Assembly (NCBI GenBank): GCA_032718475.1
Contig: JAUCBJ010008981.1
Location: 1 to 60,152 of the forward strand
Reading direction: 5' to 3'
Length of the DNA: 60,152 bases
From: Nemertoderma westbladi
Lineage: Eukaryota; Animalia; Xenacoelomorpha
The translations under genes and the position numbers were made by a program. This document shows positions 24,251-34,573 of this stretch, piece after piece. Within the stretch, counting starts at the first letter, position 1. Every line of letters begins with the position of its first letter. The notes beneath the pieces were generated by a model, which ran no database searches, had not been told where the DNA came from, and saw nothing but the letters and a program-made list of their open reading frames with translations.

Positions 24251-25630
24251 ATCTGCTATATGAGTTTATTAATATTATAATGAGTTTATATTTAGGCTAG
24301 CGGGCGTCGCTGCCTACCCTGTCTGCCCCCGGACAGCGCAAGATCCTCAGCGCTGGTGTACTTTTGCCGATGTGCCTATCGCCAACGTCGTAGCTGCACA
24401 ACAACTATAACAACCAGCACGAGTCACTCCACCGTCCGTCCCAAAGGCTTAGATATACTTCAGGTTCTTACTGGAGAGTTAGGGCTACTTTCACAATTGC
24501 GACTCGCTACTGTAAACACACCTTAGTAGTAACATTCACCTACAAACGCACAAATTCCACGTAACTGTCACAAATGGTACACATTCTATCACACATTCGG
24601 GTCATTTGTCCGTTAGTCAGTGCCTTCCAGAATGTCACGTTATTATTATGTATCCTTGGATACTAGCGGTGTGCTATTTATTCCGTATGCTATTCAATGA
24701 GCAAGCTTTTTATTGTTCTGTTAACTCGCTTCTAATTCTAGCGTGGTTGTTGCTATGGTGACATTATGGAAAGCTAGCGGTAGAATTAGGGTAATTCCCA
24801 TGCATACAGATCTGGGCTGCTATTTAATAGTAATTCTTTAATTGTCAATATCCTCTCTATACATGATTTTATGAATTTTATCGGCTATTGACTACATATT
24901 GGAGATTCTCGCACACAAATACACTTAATAGAGTGAATCTCCGCTCCCATGATCTATTAATTAATGGAATTTTGGGAATGTTATAAATTGTATAAAATGA
25001 CAATTTATTAAATTCATTGAAATATCTGAATTTAAATTTATTCCCGTAAATTTTATTATTTAATGTTAAATAGACACAATTTTATTCCAGAACGTGTCTG
25101 GGGACTGGGATCCTTGATTCTAGGAATTTTGTCTTTTTAAGAGTATCGGTAAGTGCTACGATATCTTAATCGACTAGAATTTTAAAGGATCTGATATTTG
25201 ACAGATTTTGTAAATATTAATAATTAATATTTAGGATGGGCACCAGTTTATTCCAGAACTTGTCTGGGGACGTTAACCACTGATTCTGAATTTTGTCTTT
25301 CAAGTATATCGGTGGGTGCCGCGATATCTTAATCGACTGGAATTGCAGATGGTCAAAGGGTTTAACAGATTTATTTGCGTTGTACGCTACTGTTAAAGAG
25401 ACATCACGCTACTATATGTATTATTTAATATACGGTATGAGAGCAATATCGCATGAAGCAATGTCAGTGAGAAGAGGCAAGTCGTTTCCAAGGTCTACCC
25501 AGAGCTTGGTTTAGCCGAGACACGAGGATCTGAACTTTGCATTCCTAATACTCTACTTTTCCAATAATACTTGAATATAGTAGTGGCTTTATTGTACTTT
25601 AATAAGTACGGATATTTCATCTTACTGTAG

Positions 25631-28600
25631 TCACGCATTTATAATGTAATACGGACAGTAAGGAAAGAGAAAAATAATTATTTCTCGCTGTCGCACTAAA
25701 TATAATATATAAGTAATTAAGTAATAAACACTAATATATTGCACTGCTAGTTCTTTGTCGATGAATGTTCCTGTGCTACTGGAGTCAAGGAGGGCGTTCA
25801 CTATATAACTCCTTGTAGGTCCGTGGACCCTTAACTGTACTACAGGAAATTCTCGGATTCCTACATTGGAAGTTGGTGCTTTCCAAGATGGTTGTCTGTC
25901 AGAAGTAGTTAGGGTGAGCTTGCTGTCGGTGTCCTTTTCATACGTAAGTGCTCGATACACTGCGGTATTTGTCAGGTAACAGGATTCGTTTTCGTCGGAG
26001 AATTCGTCCATATAGAATCCTTCCATCTCCGAATATTGGTCAGTGTCGTTCACATCACTGAATTGGACATGTAGTTCGGACTCACTTACCTGACTCGGGC
26101 TGTTTCGTTCGAATTCCGTGTGCAACAAGATATGATGTTTTGCGCCGCACTTTGCACACCTTGAGTCGGAGTAACAGGTTTGCTGTTGGTGTCCTCGTCT
26201 GAGGCAATTATAACACAACCGCTTATCCCACATGACTTCACGTCTATCCTTTAATGATTTCTTTAGGAATTTATCACACATATTCAAACGGTGGGGCCCG
26301 TCGCACAGCACACATTTTGGTTTGATGTTACTTACCTTACTTTGAGTAACGTTGTGCACACTCGTTCTTTCTTCGGGCTTTCTTACTTGAATTCTCTTAG
26401 GAGACGTAGGAGGAGTTTTTCTTACCTGTTCTCTCCTGTCATTGGTTCGAGACTTGAATTTACTTACGTCCTTAGTAGCTTTGTGGTCATAGTAAGATGT
26501 TTCAGTGTCTTTCCCGCTGTCTTCCTCTTGAGAAGCCTGGCTTTCGCCGTCGTCGGTATAACACACTGGTATTACCCTTCTCCTAGAAACGGGTTTCTCA
26601 CTTACCTTGTTTTCCAGTGTCTTCTCTCTGGACTGCCTTAGGAGCTGTAATTTCACTTCTCCATCTAAGAATGACATGAGATCAGCCATGGTAGGGTCTC
26701 GTCATTGTTGTTCCATCATATATAACACTTTCTTGTCCCAGCGTGTACCTACTCCACCCTTGGGCAAAGTAGATGCTAAGGCTCCTACAACCATAGAATT
26801 CTGGTATTCATGAGACTTACCTAGCCAATCTAATTGTCTACAGATCTCCTGAATCTCATCGGAAAACTCTATAATCCCGCTGCTAAGAAACTTTCGGGGC
26901 GCCATTAATTTTGCATACAAATATTTAGCTATGTTATTCCTATTACCATACCTGATGTTTAGTGTATCCCAAACTTGTCTTAATCCGTCTGGATGTCCAA
27001 TAAACTTTAACGTCATTAACTTGGGAGATCCTTCCAAGCACTCGATGAGGAATCTAAGTTTCTCTCCATTAGATAGTACAGAGTTCTGTATGTTATCTTT
27101 ATAATATTCATTAAAATGTAACCATTTCATCTCATCTCCATTGAACTTGACTATCTCTCCCACCTTTACCGCTTGACGTGCTTCGGTTCTAGCCATTTGA
27201 CGCGTAAAACTTTCTTGGGCCATCGTGTTATTTAATATCGAGTTATCGGTATATAAATTTCTCGGATTATGATCAGGTCTATAGGGAATATCATTATCAA
27301 CAGGGCTATAATTACCCTTAATAGGGTTCACTATAGGAGTTTCTACTTCGCTAGCAGTATATATGCGTGTAGGCTCCACACCTTGCGCATGAAATACTTC
27401 AGACCTAACAGGTTGACACATTGTTACCGGGGTTGGTGGTATACCCCTTTGTGTATTTACTAATTTATCGCGTTCTAACGCGATACTTTGCTGCACTTCT
27501 TGCAACTCTAACCTACTTTCCCTTACTGTGCCCTTGAATTGCTGAACGGTCTCCTGCATCTGCCCGAGCAGGAGATCCATCCCCCGTCGTCTCTCATCCA
27601 CCCACTCGACCGCCGAAGCGGGAGGCGCCAACGTTGTAGCGGGCGGACGAGGGACAACTGGCGACAAGTCATGAATATTTCGCTCGGAGTCCAGGACATG
27701 AACAATTTCAGGGGTGATTCTGTGGGGCACAGGTAGCTTCGTGCTGTGCAGAGGGAATTTAGAGGTAGGTTCAGGGAGTACAGGTGTCTCTATCACCGAA
27801 GGAGTGGCTTCGAGAACAGGCCTAATTATTTCAGGCTCATCTACTATAGTAGGGAGTCTTTCTATGTTAATTATTTGGTCTGTGGGTTATATACTACCTA
27901 AGTTTGTGTTATTTAGTTGCCTTCTAACAGCTGGGGGCAGATCAGGCAATTTCTGACGGTGGGATGTTCTTCTACGTCTGCTTAGACGAGATCTATTTCC
28001 TCTGCCTTCAGTATCGGTGGTATCGCCTTCCTCAGATGATGTATATCCCTGTCTTTTGGGAGTAGATCGACTCATCATCTGCATATTACTAGCTGTTAAC
28101 TGTTTATTTATGCAGTCTTGATTCTCCTGAATGTTTTCCAATTCTAATTGGGTGGTTTCTTCAGAAGCTCTCCGTTCTGCTTCTGCTACTGCCTCTGCCG
28201 CTGTCACTGCCGCCTTTCTTTCCGCTTCGGCCGCTGCCGCTGCCACTTTTCTTTCCTCTTCTGCCTCTGCCTCTGCCGCTGCCACTGCCGCTTTTCTTTC
28301 TGCTTCTGCAGCTGCCACTGCTGCTGCCACTGCTGCTGCCTTTCTGTCTTCTATACGTTTTTTCTTCACTTGTTCTTCTTGGACTCTAGTGATGCGGAGT
28401 TGTTCATCAAATTTAGCTTGGTTCGCAGCTCTCATATCCACATCGATGGCGTCCAACACACGCTGGGTTCCTTCACTATTAGGGCTAAGTCCATCTAGCC
28501 TTCTCCTCAACTCTTCATCACCTAAAAAACGTTGATAGTCTGACAGATAGATGTCAATGGCATCCCTCTTATGCGGTTTCTCTGCCATCGCTTCACTTTC

Positions 28601-29515
28601 CACTTGGGAAAAAGTAGCATCTGTTGATTCTCCATGGGTTGAGCGCTCATCCAGTTGAACTTTCCACTGAGCCGTTCCTTGAACCTGGAGACTCACCCAT
28701 TGAAACCAAGTCTTTACGGCAACTTGCAACGACGTGTCTTGTCTTCTTTTAGAAGCCTCCTCAAAGGCCGATAAGATTAGCCTGATTCGTAGAATTCTTT
28801 CTCTAACTTGATAAAGCAGCTGTCCCTGCTCTTGAGGTCCTTGGGGTTGTTGAAACAGTTGTTCTTTTAATCGCTCCATAGAGCTGAAGAATCCCTGTGC
28901 GTATCCGGCTGCGGACCTCTTCCACACAGCTGGATCGATGGTTTCCTTGGTTACTCCCATCCTGTGTATGTCTTCCCAGGCAGCTTCTGATAAATCAAAC
29001 GGGAGTCCGGGTCCGGGGAAGTTCCATTGCGACTCGACAATAGACTTCAGTTCTTCCCTTGTGTATCCCGCATAACTATCTTTAGTCGATCGCTTATTTC
29101 TCGCCCAATCGATATGGTGTTCTTCCACCGCAATCAATAACCTAGTGAGTACGGCTGCAGGAAGGATGAGAAGGGGGTCCGAATAAACCGCATCTGTCAT
29201 CTTTGCTCCGTGCTCGGGTGTCAGCTCTACAGTATCCGCACTACTGGAGCTGTCGGGCCGTTGAGAAATAAGTTCTTGGCTCGCGGGTTGTTGCGGTTCC
29301 GCTGCTTCTTGGTCCCGCTTGACCTGAGCTCGAGTGCCTATGATAGACCTACGGTGTTGGACCAGCCTAGGGTCTGATATTACTACTGGAGGGATGATCT
29401 TTCTTACAGTAGGAGGTGAATTGAACTTCGGTCTCTCACGTTCCACACTCCTGTCTGGGTCACAGATGGTTGTATCTAGGAGACTGTCCGACAGGTTTTA
29501 CTTAGTGTCAGACAT
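25631..29515 (-). pseudogene. BEL/Pao Gag-protease of copy B, with three in-frame stops and truncated just after the protease active site
   Basis: ORFs 27887-29446, 26702-27796 and 25631-26689 share one frame and align to copy A. An upstream in-frame ATG at 29515 is followed by TAA at codon 6. Confidence 0.9.
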
Positions 29516-29649
29516 GTTTGTTTGTACAGTTGAATGCCTACTGCTCTATTACAGTTTAAGCAAGTCTAGTAATTCAGTATCACTGTTAGCCTAGTAATTA
29601 ATTACCGATACTGCTACTCAGTGTAGCGTGATATATATATATATTATAT

Positions 29650-30020
29650 TAGAATACCGGTATGCTTATAGTATATAAGTATTATTACAGACTAGGTTTG
29701 TCACAGAATACCGGTAGGTAATTTCAGCACAAATATATATAAATATATAATAGGCCTATCGTGAATACCGGTATGCAGCTTACACTTATAGTATATATAA
29801 GTATAATTATGAACTAGAATTAATTACAGAATACCGGTATAATTTCAGCCTAAATTTATAAATATATAATAGGCCTATCGTGAATACCGGTATACAGCTT
29901 ACACTTATAGTATATATATAAGTATAATTATGAACTAGAATTAATTACAGAATACCGGTATGATTTCAGCCTAAATTTATAGAAATAAATATAATAAGCC
30001 TATGGTAAATACCGGTATGT
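29650..30020. repeat. ~119-bp tandem repeat (~3 copies) in the 5' leader of copy B
   Basis: GTGAATACCGGTAT recurs at 29761 and 29880. GAATACCGGTA occurs about twice per unit. Confidence 0.8.
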
Positions 30021-30950
30021 CAATTATTTTAGAATAATTGAATTTCTGAAATTTTAGGGGTTACTTGGTTACTTTAACTTACTTTATTACCGTTATTTAA
30101 GCAGTAGTCCAACTGATATTGAGACCTAGTTGTTGTATGGCAGGCCTACTATTTATAAATCGTTTGAGTTGATTTATAATATATATACCCGTTTAATGGG
30201 TTTTTGTCAATATTAGAAATAAATGTTATTATTTCTGGGGGAGTCACTACACAGAAGCTGTGCGCTCTCAGTGAAGTGCTACTTGTTGGACACTAAAACA
30301 AATAATTCTAATTTACCTAAGTTACTTATACTACAAATTACATAGAATTCGGGGTACACAAAAAATTACACGTACGAATTTTTAGGGTAATTTTACAAGA
30401 AGTCTACAAACCAGCCTATCAAAGGGTTAGAATATCTGGTTATTACAACGGACAGGGTACTACGGTATTTGAAAATAATAAGTAGTAGTAAATATACTGC
30501 GTTGTCCAGATAGGAAAATACCACCGTCTGACGACTTATAGCCGTATCGCTATAAGTACTACGTTATGTATCACGGAGTGTTCCTACCTAGAAGTTAATT
30601 ACCGCGGTCTACCAGAACCAACGTGCCTATTAACCACTTTACAACACAAATATACTGCCTACACACTAATCACCTTCGGAAAGCACTGTACACTAAACCC
30701 TAAATTAGGTACAAGTACTTATACAACAAATAATTAGTAGTTAAAATACTTGAACAGCTAAAAGAACCACGGTATCTGCCGGAGTGACCAAAGCACAAAA
30801 TCTCCAGTCTTTACCTACGCCGAGCAGCCCTGATGTAGTACCAGGGTTAGTTTAACTATAACGGTATGTATAACAAGCACAATTACTGTAGGAATAAACT
30901 TGGGGATATGAATGTTGCGAATAATCGCATAAACTCTGAATAACAAATAT

Positions 30951-31520
30951 TACGCTACGCGTACAGACTACTCAAACAAAATGCAGACCAAATACTGACA
31001 GACTACTATCAAGCCTAAACAAACTACGGTATATGCAGACTCCGAAATGGTTAGTTAGTATGCGTTCTAACCTAGTAGTACGACTTATTCTTTCAGAGGG
31101 GGTTTACCTCACAGCGCTGGAAGCCCCTACGTTCCCAACTGGCACTTTATCGGACATACACTCTACACACACCGAAATTTCCTCAGACCTAACAACAGCC
31201 AGACAACTATCCAGCCTACAAATTATCTAAATAAGAATTATACGCTACCTGTACAGACTACACAAACAAAGTACAGACCAAACGATGGCAGACTACTATC
31301 AAGCCTAAATAAACTACAGTATATGCAGACTCCGAAATGATTAGTTAGTATGCGTTCTAACCTAGTAGTACGACTTATTCTTTCTAAGGGGGTTTACCTC
31401 ACAGCACTTGAAGCCCCTACATTCCTAACTAGCACTTTATCGGACAGATGCTCTACACACACTGCAATCCGTTCAGACTTAACAACAGTCAGACAACAGT
31501 CCAGCCTACAAAATGTCTGT
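30951..31520. repeat. 290-bp tandem duplication in the 5' leader of copy B
   Basis: TACGCTAC..GTACAGACTA at 30951 and 31241, collinear thereafter. Confidence 0.85.
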
Positions 31521-31853
31521 ACAATCTGAGCAGGCTTACACGCCTTCTGCTCAATACTGGCCTACAAATAAATAAAACTGACAGAAATAAGTAAGCTCCA
31601 AAAGAAACAAGGGGTGTACAGTCCCTAATCTCTTAAACAGCCTACTGGTATACAATTTCACAATCGAATAATACTGCTGTACCTGTACTGCTGTAGGTAC
31701 TGGTCCGGGTGGTTAGGTAGTCAGGCCTACTAGGTACCGGTTAACCGGTACTTCAGCTTTATTGCCTACTGCAATACAGAAGCAATATCCGTTATTGTTC
31801 TTACCAGAACAATATTAAACTGTATTTATTGCCTACCCTGCAATTAGACGATC

Positions 31854-31863
31854 TATCCGTTAT
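31854..31863 (-). promoter_or_regulatory. Putative non-tRNA primer binding site (ATAACGGATA)
   Basis: Abuts the 5' LTR end, lacks TGG, and is complementary to LTR positions 32560-32569 on the transcript strand. Confidence 0.6.
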
Positions 31864-33003
31864 TGTTCGCGCTTTCAGACCTTTAGCAGTTTAACCTGCC
31901 AAATTTGGATGTCTTTTAGATGATAGATAATCTTTAGCCTATAACAAGTATTTGATACACTACATTAGCCGAATCCAGTCTATGCGCGATCATTCACCCG
32001 CTGGATATACCCGGGAGACTGGATTCGGAAGCCTAACCGTATTGCGGGGTAGGCCTACTGTATTATTCGACTGATCGTAATATATATAATCTCTGACAAA
32101 TATTATTCACTTTCAGGAAATATTAACAGTTCCTTTAGGACGTGGCGCTTTAAATATATAAACAGAGTTATGACTTAAACTAGACACAACGGGATGGCTA
32201 TAGATTCACGTATATGGCGCATTCTTTAGGAGATGCTTCGTTATCAATCACAGTCATACACAATACTGCACAATGCTGCACACCAATCTGCCGACCTTCA
32301 CTAATTTTAGTCACATATAAGGAGAACAACAGACAATACGTGTAGGGCCTATAAAATAGCATTAAATTCACTGCAAACCATTTAATGTAAGTCGCAATCG
32401 TTATATGTATCCGGTCTCTCTAACCTTTAGTATATCAAGAAGATTGGGGTGTCTGATTATTGATCAGTATTCCAAATATAATATTACATCAACAAATATA
32501 ATGAATAACCGACAGCAAAAGCAGTAATGTTAAGGTATGAATGATTATGAGTGACTGAGATAACGGATATACGTTCTATAATTAAGCCTACTAATGTTGA
32601 TGCTAAAGACTGAAACACGGAGGTTCCACGCCGGTGTTGTAGGCTGTGGACAAAATCACATACTCACTCACTTCACTAGTTTCTATATACAATCTCCAAC
32701 ACAGAGTCAAAAAACGCTCTGATTGGTCGACCGAACAAAGAGAGAACAAAGAACAAAGAGATGTTCTACATGGCAATATCAGCTGTTAGCCGTCGTCATG
32801 GTATCTACACTGTTTCAAGAGGATCCGGCGTATTGCGTCATAGAATTGCTAATCATGTCCGCTAAAGTACACATACAGAAGAAATGGCTTTTATGTCCTC
32901 TAAAACAACAATACAGTAAGGACACGGCCTTTTATGCCTGTTAAACCAACTACAGAGTACTTTACGGGGAAAATAACCGGCTAATTACGCAAAAGCCTTT
33001 ACA
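31864..33003 (-). repeat. 5' LTR of copy B
   Basis: Direct repeat of 21515-22650, differing at a few substitutions and one ~20-bp patch. Confidence 0.95.
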
Positions 33004-33520
33004 GTTGTTCACGTGCTGCTCGAACCCCCAGACTAGTTAACCAGTCAGCGTAGTTGTTCACGTGCTGCTCGAACCCCCAGACTAGTTAACCAGTCAGCTT
33101 AGTTGTTCACGTGCTGCTCGAACCCCTATACTAGTTAACCAGTCAGCTTAGTTGTTCACGTGCTGCTCGAACCCCCAGACTAGTTAACCAGTCAGCTTAG
33201 TTGTTCACGTGCTGCTCGAACCCCTATACTAATTAACCAGTCAGCTTAGTTGTTCACGTGCTGCTCGAACCCCCAGACTAGTTAACCAGTCAGCTTAGTT
33301 GTTCACGTGCTGCTCGAACCCCCAGACTAGTTAACCAGTCAGCTTAGTTGTTCGCGTGCTGCTCGAACCCCCATACTAGTTAACCAGTCAGCTTAGTTGT
33401 TCACGTGCTGCTCGAACCCCCAGACTAGTTAACCAGTCAGCTTAGTTGTTCACGTGCTTCTCGAACCCCCAGACTAGTTAACGTGCTGGTTTATTTATTC
33501 ACGTGCTGCTGGAAGTCCCA
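33004..33520. repeat. 49-bp minisatellite (~10 copies)
   Basis: Unit GTTGTTCACGTGCTGCTCGAACCCCCAGACTAGTTAACCAGTCAGCTTA. The remainder of the first unit lies at ~21467-21514. Confidence 0.95.
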
Positions 33521-33840
33521 GAATAGATAAAACAACAACAATAACGGATGAGTGAGTTAAACCGATAAGAAATAATTTATTCTGATTCAATGAATTACAT
33601 TTAGTCTTACTCTATTCGTATTCAATTTTAAAACAGATTTTAATTTACCGCCAAATTATAGGTGGCAGATCTGATCTGCCACCCTTTCCAGTACAAATTA
33701 CATGTCTTTCAATCATTTGAATTTCCCGCGCTATGGAGCAGGGTGGCACCTTTTAGGGACTTGTTCCCACCATCAGACCATCCTCTGGTTTAATAGGTCT
33801 AATACCAAATACTGTAATAAATACCAGTACTGCAGTAGTA

Positions 33841-34068
33841 CGGTGGCTGAAAGCGGCCAATATAATTCACTACTTTTTTAATTTTTATTTTGATCAACAT
33901 TTTTTTCTTGAATTTCAACCCGGGTTGATATTATTTTAAACCCGGGATGATATTAATTTCAACCCGGGTTGATATTAATTTCAACCCGGGTTGAAATTCA
34001 AGAAAAAAATGTTGATCAAATTAAAAATTAAAAAAGTAGTGAATTATTTTGGCCGCTTTCAGCCACCG
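33841..34068. mobile_element. Palindromic MITE with TA TSD (Tc1/mariner-like)
   Basis: TA|CGGTGGCTGAAAGCGGCCAA...TTGGCCGCTTTCAGCCACCG|TA, with ~90-bp arms around repeated AACCCGGG(TT) units. Confidence 0.85.
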
Positions 34069-34573
34069 TACAGTAGTACTGTAGTATTTCATTTCAGCTA
34101 ATTTCCAATTCCAAATGTAATCACTTAAAATGTTTTTACAAAAAAAGTAACCCCAACGGTGAAAGTTTTTATTGCATCGGTCTGTCGGTAATGAGGGTTA
34201 ATTTTTCAAGTTACATCCATACTGCACTGCTGTACTGCCATAAAAATATACCTTCTGTCAGCCTTCTGGCGGTCTGGGTCTTACTACCATTTTAGAGATG
34301 AATTTACAGATTTACATTTTACAACTTAAAAGTTGAAAAAAAAAGTTTAAATCATAAATTTCAACTCAGTTGAAATTTGAACTTCTCCCCGACTGTCTTA
34401 TGTCATACCGCTGACAGGACAGGGTACCAGGTACAGGTACCGGCAGATCGGTACTGCTGTGCTGTACTGTCATTATCAATGCAGCAATCTGGCAATGGCG
34501 ATTTAATGTACCGGTAATAATATTTAGATGTTGTTTGTTAGTCTGTTAGTTAAGCTGTTAAGTTTTATTAGTT

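Larger units (their letters stand above)
21515..33003 (-). mobile_element. BEL/Pao-derived LTR retroelement, copy B (complete ends, 11489 bp, no pol)
   Basis: Two near-identical LTRs, 5-bp TSD GTTGT (21510-21514, 33004-33008), PPT, gag-protease pseudogene and ORF2. Confidence 0.95.
20343..33764. mobile_element. Mutator-like non-autonomous TIR element (~1.9 kb excluding the nested LTR element)
   Basis: Inverted repeats at 20343-~20529 and ~33607-33764 (ACAACTCCCTAAAAGGTGCCACC / GGTGGCACCTTTTAGGGACTTGT). 10-bp TSD TCCCACCATC at 20333-20342 and 33765-33774. The superfamily is inferred from TIR and TSD length only. Confidence 0.8.
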
